Assembly: GCF_001194135.2 (NCBI RefSeq)
Contig: NC_068994.1
Coordinates: 4,746,280-4,810,279, forward strand
Direction of reading: 5' to 3'
Length of the DNA: 64,000 nt
Source of the DNA: Octopus bimaculoides
Lineage: Eukaryota
Shown here: positions 36,850 to 50,865 of the stretch, piece after piece
Position numbering within the stretch: the first letter of the stretch is position 1
How the letters are laid out: each line of letters begins with the position of its first letter
Translations under genes and position numbers: made by a program
The notes under the pieces: generated by a model
Told to the model about the DNA's origin: nothing
Database searches by the model: none
The model's input: the letters and a program-made list of their open reading frames with translations, nothing else

Positions 36850-38068
36850 ATGAGTGAGTGTAACGGAAACATCTCTCTATACGCCATCGACACTATTTAA
36901 GATGAATGGAAATATCAATTAAATATAGGTGTTGATATATATTGAGATATGTAGCAGAATAAAGAACGAAAGATCAGATGGAAAATAAGGGCATTCATTG
37001 CTAAACCCAAAGGATAACCGAAGACTACTACTAAATGCACCACAATAGCATATATGTGTGTGTATATATTTGTATATATGCATGCATGTATACGTGTACA
37101 CGCATTTATGCATACATGTAAATACACACACACAATTATATATATAGTTGTGACCGGATTCCGAAGCAGGTTGCTGCCCTACGTTTATAAAGAACTACAT
37201 TTGTCACAGATAAAACGTTGGATCTACTTCAGTTAAATCGTTTTCTCTCATAGCAAATCCATTCATATTTAAGATGCATCCATAGGAATATAAAATAAAT
37301 AAGATTGGACATCAGTAATCCACCAGTAATTTAATTTATCGACCAGCAGAAAACGAAAGGCAATGTTGACCTCGGTGGGATTTGAACCCAAAACGTAGAA
37401 GACTATCCTATAAACTCGCTATTCTTCTGAATACAAAATACAATAATCATTCGTAGTTTATATATGTATGTATGTATGAACTAGTGGAGCAGTAAACTGA
37501 TACCGAAAATGTTGCATTTACATAGTTATTATAGAAGAAATTAGGGTCATGTCTGTGTGTGTGTGTGTGTGTGTGTATAATGTATATGCTTGCGTATATG
37601 TGTGTGTATATATATATATATATGTTTGTATGCGTGTGTCTATATATGTGTATATGTTTGTAGTACACCCACAAGAACGGGAGAGAAAGTACTCAATACA
37701 TGTAACAACTGATGATTCACCCCATCCGCCCCAATAGACAGATTGTTGCTACAAACGTCTCCTCGGGCGAGTATAAAAAGGTACATATATATATGTGTGT
37801 GTGTGTGTATCTCTGTAAATTTGATCCACGAAAATTCTCCGTTAGCCAGAATGGTACACGTAACAATAAATGTTATTAATAAGAAATATGTTATAGTTAT
37901 AAATAATTATCGCAAAACAAGGTACTGCGCCATTCCTGATCTTTAAATAAATAGATTTGGATAAACATTTGAAATGGACAACAATGGAGGGGAATGAAGA
38001 ATGAAGAAATAGTCGAATAGCTTTGGGGGACATGGAACCGCTGGGAACATTTTTGAGTAAAGCACAAG

Positions 38069-38115
<47 letters not shown>

Positions 38116-38867
38116 ACGGTGGTGCCCCAGCATGGCCGCAACTCTTGAGCTGATACTAGAGTTAAAGAGTATATGTAAAATGTATGTATGAACTTGTATA
38201 CGTCAATGTATGTATATTTACACGTAGACCCATGTCTGTCAGGTGGAAAGTATAGATTTAACAATACATGTTTGCAAAGACTCCCCAAACTGGTAAGTTG
38301 TCCTAGACCCTGGTCAACCCTGATCGTGTCGATCTATGATCGAAGGTATTCCAGTCATGACCATCACGTTGTCAGATTATATTATCCAGGGTGTGATAGG
38401 ATGTGATTTGAGGGAGATTTGGCTACTATTTCTAAATAGACTGACCGATCACGACGAGAGAGAGAGATATACAGAGACAGGCTCTCTTGTTCAGTTCGTT
38501 TGAATGTTGTGAACAGACAGAACGTGGAGAAGTGATGGCTGTATTAGAAGACAACCTGTCTAAAAATGTGAAGAATGAGTGTCGGATATAATAGAGAAAT
38601 AAATAGAGAGATGGTTAAGTGCGCGATCGAACATGTTCTAGAGAGGAATCAAGTGTTGTTCCCTTCTTAAACGTTTATAGTAGAAGAGAAAATACTTGTA
38701 AGAGCCGAGGGTGGCTTTCTGTGATGTAGCGACGGAAGACACAAGTGGGGGGCGGTTAGTGGTCAGGTGCAAAATAAAATGGTGCGGGAGGGGGGGACAT
38801 ATAGTGGTAGAGAAACGGGGTGGGAATGGGACGAGAAAGTGAGGCAAGAGGAGAGGTGTGGGGAGTC

Positions 38868-38950
38868 CTTACCTTCAGTGGATGTCTTCAGAAAAGAGAT
38901 TGTCCCTCTTTCGAGCACCTCTTCTTACACAGTTGAGCACTAAACTACTT
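38868..38950 (-). promoter_or_regulatory. Candidate 5' UTR exon and donor of ZNF-A
   Basis: Minus-strand GAAG|GTAAGG (plus cttacct, 38868-38874), followed by CpG- and GC-box-containing sequence (ggggggcggt near 38750). It would splice to the acceptor at 31696 (7.2-kb intron). Confidence 0.4.
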
Positions 38951-39315
38951 CAAACATACTCACATACACACACACGTATATATATATGTAAATATATACA
39001 CATTTACAGACACACATACACAAGCCTATCTGTACACACAGTAAATAGTGCATCAATACATTTCTATACAAGCGCACGTGTATATATATATATAAATATA
39101 TATGTATTTATATATATACATGTATATCTATATATATATATGATGTATTTAATTAATACTACATACACTCACACATACATACAACTCAAGAACAATGAAA
39201 CCGGTGCTATGTCACGTTTGACACGTATGACATTATATCCGTACGTTGTGGAACTCGACAATGATTCGCATTTCTGTCTGTGTGAGTGATAGTGTGTATG
39301 TGTGTGTGTATATAC

Positions 39316-39369
<54 letters not shown>

Positions 39370-39614
39370 CAAGGACAAACCTCAGGGAAAAATAACGATG
39401 AAAAATAGTTACCGAAATACTAAAGTTCACATAAATCAAAATATACATACATACAAATACATATATTTTTTATTATAGTGCATATATATAGGAATATATA
39501 GAAATATAGAGAGAGAGGAAGAGATTTATATGTAAAATTATAGAACCTATTTATTGTATTTGGTCCTCTTCTCTTTCATTGTGTATACATACACTCGTAC
39601 ACACACACACATAA

Positions 39615-39649
<35 letters not shown>

Positions 39650-39799
39650 TCAACAGTCTAGATGTAGCATTTTTATTACCAGCGAAAAATATGTGCATTT
39701 ATTAATTTCTTTCTTCATACACGTAATTAAATTTCATCAATCCAATTTAGTCGACTTTCAAAAATTATTTTAATTAAAAGACAACATTATTACATTACT

Positions 39800-40800
39800 A
39801 AAAAGTGAGGGACTTATTTGTCACATAAAAAAAGCAGTCCCTACCGAAATTAAGTCCGTCTGGAAATTAATACGCCGGATTATCTCCCTTTTGTTTACAT
39901 TTCCCAAGCTTTGTAATCGACTCCTTTAAAAAGTTTCTAGTAAAAAAATTGAGTAAATAAAAACCTTAGCTTCGGCTCTGTCTGTGTGTCACGTAGTTCT
40001 TTCGCTCCTTATCTCCCCCTTCCTCCTTCATTTTCACTCTCTTTCTCTTTCTCAGTCTCTTTCTATCTGTCTGCCTTTCTTTCTAGATCGGCCTGTACCT
40101 ACATAATAGCGCGCACTCTACTTTCTCTCTCCCACCACGTTCGATCGACCGACCAACTGACATCGTCTTCATCCACATCTAAACTACTCTTAATCTGCCT
40201 GCTTTTTTTCTTTTCCTTTCTTCCTTCCTTCTCTCTCTCTCTCTCTCTATTTCTTTCTTCCTTCTACACTTTCTCTCTCTCTCTCACTTTCTTTCTCTCC
40301 TTGTCTGTCCTATATATACTCTCTCACTCTTTCTTTCTCTCTCTCCTTGTCTGACTGTGTTGCTGTCTAAAAACCACTCTCACCACTGCTGCTGCCCAGG
40401 TTGGTATTACAGTTTCATCCATCCTCTATCCCTCTCTGTCCCTCTCTCATTCTCCTATATATCTCTCTCTTACTCCCTCCTCCTCTCTTCGACCACATCT
40501 TTCTCCTTCACACCCTTTCTTTCTCCCCCTCCCCCGAAGTCCAGTTCTAACCATTCCAGCCAACTTTGCTTGAACTGGTCACTAGACTTTCTTCGCTCAA
40601 ACTCTTCCCGCTCTCTTTAAACTTTCGGGAAGCTGAATTTAAAAATGGCAGGGAAACCACAAACTATCAAACACGAAAGAGAAAAAAAACATTACTACGT
40701 TTTTTAAAATCTTTTTCTCTTTTCTTTTCAATTTAATAATTATTTATTTTGCCATTATTCATTATAATAATTTTTCTCTTTCTTCGTACGTGGTCTCCTG
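39800..40800 (+). promoter_or_regulatory. Candidate promoter / first exon region of ZNF-B
   Basis: CpG cluster (gcgcgc, cgttcgatcgaccg), gtcacgt, TGTTTAC at 39892-39898, a CT-rich tract and YY1-like aaaatggc near 40642. Position inferred; there is no transcript evidence. Confidence 0.3.
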
Positions 40801-42112
40801 TAAATTTCATTGTGTTTATGTCTACAATCATATACATATGTATATATATATGTATATATATATATATATATTATATTCAGTTATTTATCGCCAGGTCAAC
40901 CGTGTTTATATAGAGCTAGACTGCATTATCCCTTGTGTCTCTCCATTTTAAGACAATAGCATGTGATTTGAGGGAGATGTGGCTGTTATTCACATCCAAA
41001 GTCTTAAAAACGGGAAGACACATTGGAAGATGTAGTTTCGAATACAAATACGGAATGGTCACCAGTTTAAAACCTTTTATTATCAACGGTATTCAGTCAG
41101 GACAAACCTGATATTTATATACAAATACGTATTGTTGTTTACCCCAGGGTAAACCCCATGATCAAAGTGGTTCCAGCCGTGACCATTCCGTCCCTTTTGT
41201 GTACCAGAATCTACATTGTCCTATGGTACATCTATATCTAAAATGCTAGGGGATGATTTGAGAGAGATCTAGCTGCTATTTCGAAACAACCACCTATCTA
41301 GCATTTGTAGTTTGCATTATACATATATATATATATATATATACACATACACACATATATATATATATATGTGTGTGTGTATGTATGGATAATTTAGAAT
41401 GTATAAGAGTATCGACTCATTAGCACAATTTAGTGATATCCTTATATTTTGAGGTTTGCTAGCGTGGATTTGGTGGAAAAGAGGAGTGGAAGACGTGTTA
41501 AATGAGTTAATTATATGCAGCTAATTTGTACGAGGTTGAGTAATTACATAAAAGCATGTGAACCAGGCAGTCAACCCCATTAATTCTTTTGTGGTCAGCT
41601 TCTCAATACTTTTGACTTAATGACTCCGAGAAACAATCAAAAATAGTCAATAAGGAAACCGCATGTGTATGTGATATATATGTATGTCTATATATATATA
41701 TATATATATATATAAATGAAATATTCAAACACTGAGATTTGAAGTTAGATATATATATATATTGCGTGTGTTGTAAATGTACATTGAAACATGTATATAT
41801 ATATATTGTCTTATATATACCTATGGATATTTATGTATGCATATGTAGGTATGTCTATATGGATATAAGTAAATACATGCATACTAAGCTATATGTATAT
41901 GTGTGTGTGTATTATGTGCGTATGTGTATACTCAAAGTATATTACAACTATATATTTGGAAGCATGTATATCGGTGCTATGTGGATATATACGAATATTT
42001 ATATAGACCTGTATGTATGTATGTATAAAGAGAAATGTATGCATATAACAGTATGTACACGCAATCACACAAGATAAAGGCATATATGTATGTATTTATA
42101 TGCTTCTACGTA

Positions 42113-42153
<41 letters not shown>

Positions 42154-43131
42154 NNNNNNNNNNNNNNNNNNNNNNNNNNNNNNNNNNNNNNNNNNNNNNN
42201 NNNNNNNNNNNNNNNNNNNNNNNNNNNNNNNNNNNNNNNNNNNNNNNNNNNNNNNNNNNNNNNNNNNNNNNNNNNNNNNNNNNNNNNNNNNNNNNNNNNN
42301 NNNNNNNNNNNNNNNNNNNNNNNNNNNNNNNNNNNNNNNNNNNNNNNNNNNNNNNNNNNNNNNNNNNNNNNNNNNNNNNNNNNNNNNNNNNNNNNNNNNN
42401 NNNNNNNNNNNNNNNNNNNNNNNNNNNNNNNNNNNNNNNNNNNNNNNNNNNNNNNNNNNNNNNNNNNNNNNNNNNNNNNNNNNNNNNNNNNNNNNNNNNN
42501 NNNNNNNNNNNNNNNNNNNNNNNNNNNNNNNNNNNNNNNNNNNNNNNNNNNNNNNNNNNNNNNNNNNNNNNNNNNNNNNNNNNNNNNNNNNNNNNNNNNN
42601 NNNNNNNNNNNNNNNNNNNNNNNNNNNNNNNNNNNNNNNNNNNNNNNNNNNNNNNNNNNNNNNNNNNNNNNNNNNNNNNNNNNNNNNNNNNNNNNNNNNN
42701 NNNNNNNNNNNNNNNNNNNNNNNNNNNNNNNNNNNNNNNNNNNNNNNNNNNNNNNNNNNNNNNNNNNNNNNNNNNNNNNNNNNNNNNNNNNNNNNNNNNN
42801 NNNNNNNNNNNNNNNNNNNNNNNNNNNNNNNNNNNNNNNNNNNNNNNNNNNNNNNNNNNNNNNNNNNNNNNNNNNNNNNNNNNNNNNNNNNNNNNNNNNN
42901 NNNNNNNNNNNNNNNNNNNNNNNNNNNNNNNNNNNNNNNNNNNNNNNNNNNNNNNNNNNNNNNNNNNNNNNNNNNNNNNNNNNNNNNNNNNNNNNNNNNN
43001 NNNNNNNNNNNNNNNNNNNNNNNNNNNNNNNNNNNNNNNNNNNNNNNNNNNNNNNNNNNATATATATATATACATACATACATATACATATATAAATGTC
43101 TCCATTTCTTTTTTCTTATTCATACACACAC

Positions 43132-43174
<43 letters not shown>

Positions 43175-43202
43175 TACATACATACGTGTCTGTGTGTATG
43201 TG

Positions 43203-43252
<50 letters not shown>

Positions 43253-43894
43253 AAATGTTTTATTTATAGATGAGGGAAATGTGGAATTTTTGAGCTGAAA
43301 TGCCGTTCCCATGGAAATTAACGACTTAAATGAAGCTGTTCCGACCAGAAAGCGAAACCGGTTCATTAGTCCCTGGACGAACTATAAAACTAATTCAGCG
43401 GACTTCTGATCAAGGACAATCCAGCCACGACTATCCCTTCCTTTCTTTCTCCCACTCCGGACACCTACTGCCGTATTATCCCTCTTATCTTTTATTGTTT
43501 TCAGGTAGTAGGGTGTAATTTGAGGGAGGTATTGAGTGCTATGTCGAGCAGCTTATGAGACCCACAGAAGTGCCCTCATAATACCCATATTTATTGGGAA
43601 TCATCTCAGTTGTGCTTATATATATATCCATTTAACCCTACACACACATATAGAGAGAGACAAAGCACATTACATTCATACATTCCAAGGTGTCTACTCG
43701 CCAAGTCATGCTTAATTGAAGCTAATCTGTATAATTACATTTCAAGTCGCAGTCATCGCTTCCATCCTCTCCAGCCTTTCCATAATTTTAACCTAAAGAC
43801 TGCACAAGAATATATCACAAATAATTTCGTTCTTATCCACTTTGAAACCAATCATTCTCTTTTCATTTTCTAATTACTCGACGTCCGATGATGA

Positions 43895-43940
<46 letters not shown>

Positions 43941-45212
43941 GTTGTTGTTGTTATCATTTATTCATTTCATTTATTGCAAGGTGCCAGCTTCCTCTTTTAA
44001 ATGACACGGTAATTAATGCCGCTGTGTGCGCCCTGCTTTTCTTTTTGCTTCGTTCTACACACACACACACACTCGCATTGTTACAGATGTATGTGTGTGT
44101 GTGTGTGTATGCTCCAGCATGGCCGCAGTCAAATGACTGAAACAAATAAAAGAATATATATATATATATATATATATGATGTGATCACGCATTTTTATTG
44201 ATGCACAAATCCATGAGTCAATGGATCTCGGTCGGTTTCGACGGAGCGTACTGGCTTTCATTTATAGAATGATTAGGTGAGTACTCCTCACCTACATACA
44301 TGTACCCTTAAAATAATTTCTGACAGAATCAGTGTGACAGTGTAATAAGGCTGACCCTTTCAGTTACGGGTATAGGTCCATCGGATAGACTTCTATCACT
44401 GGTAAATTTCGCTCAAAACGCTTGGGTCAACACATGCTTAAAATGGCCATACCGTGGGATCAAATCCTCGGACCTCAATGATTGCGAAGAGAGTTTCTTA
44501 AGCACTCAATGTACCCAGACACATCCGATTTATTAAGCTGGCTTGGGCATACACCGAGATATACATGTCGTTATAACACGCACATACACACATGCATCCG
44601 TTACACTGGCATACACATACAGACAGGATTGCATGAGAGAGAGAGAGGTGAGAGTTGTGGTGGTGGTGGTGGTGGACTTCCAGACGACGTTAATATATGA
44701 TTGAATCACGCTTAAATTAGAGATAAAGAGAACGTTCGGCCTTCACAGCTGGTCAGTTTGACTTCATACATGTTGGGTCATTCAAATTACTCACTTCTCC
44801 AGACGAATCTCATTTACACTGACACCATTTCATAGTCTATATCTTCATTCACATATGTACATGTGTGTGTGTGTATGTATATATGTATATAATAATTCTT
44901 TAAGTTATATATAGGTAGATGGAAACTTAATTTTCCCTTTATTGAGTACTATCTTTTCTCTTTGTTTAAACTCTGCTCATCTACAGATAAATACAAATGA
45001 TTTAGAAATGTATTCTGTTGTGTCTGGGGAGAGTCATTTTCTTTTAGTGCCTTAACACACTCACCGGTAAAATTTCCCCTCATTTACTTATTTCTTTAGA
45101 AATGAATTTCTATATATATACATAAGATTATGTGTGTGTGTCTGTGCATGTGTTTAAAATGTATGTATAATAAATAGTTATGTAATAAATATGTATTTAA
45201 TGTATACATATG

Positions 45213-45519
45213 TGGCTGTGTGGTAAGTAGCTTGCTTACCAACCACATGATTCTGGGTTCAGTCCCACTGCATGGAACCTTGGGCAAGTGTCTTCTGTTG
45301 CTTCGGGCTGACCAAAGCCTTGTGAGTAGATTTGGTGGACAGAAACTGAAAGAAGCCCATCGTATATATATATATGTGTGTGTGTGTGTGTTTGTACCCA
45401 CCAACATCGCTTGACAACCAATGCTAGTGTGTTTACGTCCCCTAACTTAGCAGTTTGGCAAAAGAGAGCGATAGAATAAGTACTAGGTTTACAAAGAAAA
45501 AGTTCTGGGGTCGATTTCT
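45213..45519 (+). mobile_element. SINE family B
   Basis: Head tggctgtgtggtaagtagcttgcttaccaaccac, (TA)(TG) spacer, tail to tctggggtcgatttctttgact. Confidence 0.9.
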
Positions 45520-46419
45520 TTGACTTAAGCATGTCTGTATATAATATGCATATATGTGTACAGGACATCACCAACTGTGCAAACAACATGAAATACGTAA
45601 ACGAGAAAAAAAAAATATGAAAAGCGGGACAAGTAAACACAGAGAAAGGATCCTTCATGAGTTGTTGGCTGCCTATCTACTCCTCATTTCGAGCATTCAA
45701 CAACAATAAGAGTCTTCAAAGACACTTGTTCCCATAAATTCTAAAATAAAATTCAGGATTTATGGAGGGTGTGATTTTCACTGTTGTCCCGAGCCATCCA
45801 AAACCTTGTGAATGGATTTGGTACATGCAAACTGACCGAAGTCTGTCTTTTATATTTATGCCTACATGTATGCACGAAGGTGGATGGCCTGTGCTTATGG
45901 TGCTGCACTCATTATCGCAATATCATGGTTTTGATTCCCAGATTGAATGATGCGTTGTGTTCACTCTGCAATCACTTTGGCACCTAGTGTGTGGCACACT
46001 GTGCATCTGTACAGGCAATGTCAGTTTGGTGGAGTGGATGAGCTCATGTGCAACACAAACATTTGATCACAATAAACGAATTGTGTGTGCGGGTTGCTTA
46101 GCAAGAAATAGTGGAGTCTTTATCTGTCATCTACAACAAGAGAGATCACAATGTGTGTGTGTGAGGTGTGTTAGTGTCTTCTTGCCGTGACTTTGTGTGA
46201 TAGTTATAAAACAAGTGCCATTGTCTTTTGTTTCCAATCTTCTGTGAAAACATGTCATAGGATGAATATTACCTTACCTGGAAACAAGTGAGAATTAGAA
46301 CATTGATATGATGATGATGATGACCGTTTAATGTCCCCCTTCCATGCAGGCATGGGGTATGTGCACATATATATATTGATAGCATACATAAAATCAACAA
46401 GCATTGACTGTGTAGTGTT

Positions 46420-47770
46420 TAATTATATATTTGTGATCATGAGGAAGGGTCTAAGAACAATGCCCTGATGGATACCTCTGTTCTCCAGATTCATTGTAGA
46501 ACTCATTACTATCTCTCATCTTGCTGACAGCATCTCTGTACGTTGTTTGCATGGTTCTCCTGGGCCATTATTTTATACCTAATTTTTGTAACAACGGATC
46601 ATGACACCCTGCCAAAGGCCTTCTCCAGCTCAAGTGAATGCTTGATACAGTGACTCTATCTTGTAACTTTTCTTGTTATTGTGTCTCTAAGTGAGTATGG
46701 GTTTTATTTCATTCTGGCTCAAACCTGAAGCGTGTCTTGTCTCAGTTGATTCTCTTCCTAATCAACAGTACACCGTTTCCTTCTGTTACCTCCATAACTT
46801 GTCCCATCAGTTTCACACTGTTGAAACCGCTTCTTTCTAGAGTATCTCCTTGGCCCTTAGAACAAGATATGATGATGATGATTGATACTGCTCCACCATT
46901 ACCATCTTTGTACTACCAGTCTGATTATGTAAGTGATTATAACGTGTCCTACTTTGCCAGATATTTTCACTATTTCACTGACTGTCCTTGATTGTCACTC
47001 ACTTTACCCTCCTTTGTATCTTTAATCACCTTTTTGACTGTATAGCTGTTGACTTCAATAGCTGGACTTTCTGTTGGGTCTACTTGTGATAATCCATCTT
47101 TTCCCACATAATTCTCCTTATTCAATGACTTCTTGTAAAGCTATTTTCTTCCTGCTGTCAACGAAGGCAAGCCGTACTCCTGTCATTCCACATATATTCT
47201 TTCACCAGCAACACACATCATCCACATTGACACACTACTGCTATACAATCCAGAACATCTCTCACCTCTGATACTCTCATCACAGCTTGTCTCCTTGCCA
47301 ACCATACCTGACGTCCAGCCTCCTCTAACTGGTACTGCTTCTTTGGCCTTCCCTTTCTTTCAATCTTTCCAGGCTTGTCTCTTAGTTTTTGTTTCTGTCT
47401 ACTCTACTATTCCTCTACCATGTCATATTCTGATTCTATCCACAGATCTATTCTGCTGCCCATACTATGTTGTCTGCCTCATAGAAACTCCCAGTTGTTT
47501 TCTATGTTGCAAGTCTGTCTCTGCTATTTTGTCATACTTAGCTGCTACCATCCTCCTTTGGTTGAAGTGTCTTCAAGTTTCCCTGTCTTCATTCTCCAGA
47601 TGGTTTGGTTTCTTTGAGTTTGTCCTTCCTAAAAGCCAACCATGAAACATGTATATAAAACTTACACAAGTAATTCTTTGAGTGTCAACATCACTGCTGT
47701 GTCTCTCATCATAAATATTCTCATTGTTCAACCACTGAGCTTCCTAAAGGCTGTTGACCTTCTGGGAATG
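46420..47770 (-). mobile_element. RTE-clade LINE fragment (EN-RT linker to RT motif B), heavily decayed
   Basis: Minus-strand readings KGQGDTLERSGFNSVKLMGQVMEVTE, LELEKAFGRVS, YRDAVSKMR and GIHQGIVLRP correspond to RTE KGKGDAL..IKLL..MKV, DLEKAFDRV and GVHQGSVLSP. Many stops and frameshifts. Confidence 0.85.
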
Positions 47771-48559
47771 TGTCTAGAGCAGTGGCACTCAACCTTTTTA
47801 ATATCCAGGCCAGATTCAAAACCTGGATCTCTTTAGTGGGGGGNNNNNNNNNNNNNNNNNNNNNNNNNNNNNNNNNNNNNNNNNNNNNNNNNNNNNNNNN
47901 NNNNNNNNNNNNNNNNNNNNNNNNNNNNNNNNNAAAAAAAAAAAGTAAAACAGAAACCAATTAAAGAGAAATTTGTTATGCTTATAGAGGGAAGACAGTC
48001 AAGGGCTGCTTCGAGGATGCTTGAAGGCTGCAGTTGAGAATCGGTGGCCAAAGCAGAGAGACATGTGTCTGCATCTTATTATCAAGTACTCTACAAAGCT
48101 TTGCTGTCCTGTATCCTCATCCTCATTATCATCATCATTTAACCTCCATCTCCTATACTACCATGCATCTGTGGATTTGATTGGATCCAATGTGCCAGAG
48201 AACTGTGATGTACTCCAATGTCTACTTTGGCATTGTTTCTATGACTGGATGCCCTTCCTAATGCCAATCCCTTTACACATAGTTTGTGAGTCAGGAGAGA
48301 CATTAAAGGGTCAGCTAGAATACTTTGTGGTATTCCATCCTAGCTATTTCTGATCTGAATTCAGATTCTACCAAGGCCATCTTTGTCCTTCATCCTTTTG
48401 GGGTTGATAAATAGAATAAAAGTCCAGTACTGGGGTTGATTTCTTCCATCTTTCTGGTAAAAAATTGGCTCTATTCAGACTTGCAGAGAGAGACGAGACC
48501 CACCAGATTTAAAACACTGAAGACAACTTATATCACAACAGCAGTCCTATGACCCCATC

Positions 48560-48592
<33 letters not shown>

Positions 48593-49795
48593 TGCAAATG
48601 TAGGTTTGTGATTAAGAAATTTGCTGGGTTCCTGGTTCAATCAGACTGCATTGTACCTTGGACAAGTTTTTTTTTTTTTCCACTGTAACCTTGGATTTAT
48701 ATCTGAATGATAAAAAGTACTGTGGTTGATTGCTTCAATCCAGTGCTCCAGCATGGCTGCAGTCCAATAACTGAAACAAGTCAAAAATAGAAGATTAGGT
48801 GTTGCCTGTTTGAGGGTCACGGTTGGAATATGGCTTTTGTCTTTGTGAATAATATGAAGGGAATGTTACATTGGTGGAATAATTACAGCTTTATTTTTGA
48901 GAAATTTTATGATGTATGATGTTTTGTTTAATGTCTGCTTTTCCATGTTTGTATGGGTTGCACAGAATTGGTTGTGGTGGAGTTTTTTTCTATGGTTGGA
49001 AGCTCCTCCTGTCACCAACCTTCATCTGTTTCCAAGTAAGGTAATATTTCTGCATGACCAAACATATCTTTACACATACACAAAGCGCATGCATACACAT
49101 GTGCACACATATACTATGGGCTTCTTTCAGTTTTCATTTACCGAACTCACTCCCAAGGCTTTAGTTAGCCTGGGTCAATATTAGAAGACACACAGGGTCT
49201 GAGACCAGAATTAAATGATTGGGAAATGGGCTTTTTAACCATACAACCATTCCTGCATCCACGGATATTAATGAAATGAATTCTAATTTTCCAAATTAAA
49301 ATATTAAGTTATATTAAGATAATATACTCGTTTATATATTTGTAATAGATATATATTATGGACAATAATGATGGTGCTTAACTATATATTAATTACAGAT
49401 GTAGAAATACATGATGCTATTAAACAGTGGCAAAAGTATGTTCCTAATATATTATGTGTCATATGATGTATAGCACTGTAGTTAGAATATGATAATCAAG
49501 GGAGATAAATCTAAGATCAGAGTTATCTTTCCTTGGGGGGACAGAAAAACAGAAAGAGAAATACTGCCAATTATATTAATATTTTCTATTATCTTTTACT
49601 TGTTTTAGTCATTTGACTGTGGCCATGCTGGGGCATGGCTTTGAAGGGTTTAGTTGAACTAAATGACCCCACTACTTATTTCAAAGACTAATATTTATTC
49701 TATCAGTCATTTATGGCAAACTGTTAAGTTACATGAATGTAAACAAACCAACACCAGTTGTCAAGCAGTGGCAAGGAACAAATACAAAGATACAC

Positions 49796-49879
<84 letters not shown>

Positions 49880-50640
49880 GATGAGCTTCTTTGAATTTCC
49901 ATCTTCTAAATCCACTCACAATGACTTTGGTTGACCCAAGGCTATGGTAGAAGACACTTGCCCAAAGTGCCACATAAAAGGCACCTGTACTGGTGCTGCA
50001 TAGATGCACCTGTGCCAGTGGCACGTAAGCAGCACCCAACACATTCTGTTAAGTGGTGGGCATGAAGAAGGGCATCTTGCCATAGAAACCATGCCACAAC
50101 AGACAGTCTGGACAGCTCCCTGCTAGCCTGCTCCATGTGAAATTGTCCAACCCATGCCAGGATGGAAAGCAGACATTAAATAATAAGCAAGCTGGGCAGT
50201 GCTTATCCAAATTAAATCAATAAATATTACTCACCAAATATAAGAAGTAATTTCCAACTCATTATAATGCAGTAAATGGCTGATATTTCAGACATGTTAG
50301 ACGGTCACAATATCAGCCGCCTTTTAGCCTGTATATATGAGATGTAAAAGCTATTAATCTCATTTCCAAGGAGTTCAGTTTCATAAGGCATACAATATAG
50401 TGTCAAAGAAACAGAATAACATCTACTTACGTTTAGTGTCATTACAAAACTGTGAAGTGTATGCATGTGTGTTTGCCTCTGGTGAATAAGCTGATTTTCA
50501 CAGGCATTTCATTGTGTGTGTGTGTATTTTCATTTTGGTTGAATCAGTCTGTTTTTACTCTGAAGTTTGCCTGTGGTTACACAGTGTCCTCAGGCAACAG
50601 ATATATGTGTATGTGCATATATGTATATATGTAAAATACA

Positions 50641-50865
50641 CCATTTCGAGCATGACCGTTGCCAGTACTGCCTGACTGGCCTTCGTGCCGGTGGCACATA
50701 AAAGCACCCACTACACTCTCAGAGTGGTTGGTGTTAGGAAGGGCATCCAGCTGTAGAAACTTTGCCAGATCAGATTGGAGCCTGGTGTAGCCATCTGGAT
50801 CACCAGTCCTCAGTCAAATCGTCCAACCCATGCTAGCATGGAAAGCGGACGTTAAACGATGATGA
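50641..50865 (+). mobile_element. Family A element (longest copy)
   Basis: Includes the ggtggcacataaaagcaccc block, the shared core and the (GAT)n end. Confidence 0.85.

Noticed and set aside
43315-43420. Possible degenerate tandem hammerheads (tgaagct...agcGAAACCGGT)
   Set aside because: Stem II and a palindromic ACCGGT are present, but the CUGANGA core needs three or more changes and stem I is out of register. It could be a very old Penelope remnant but is unsupported.
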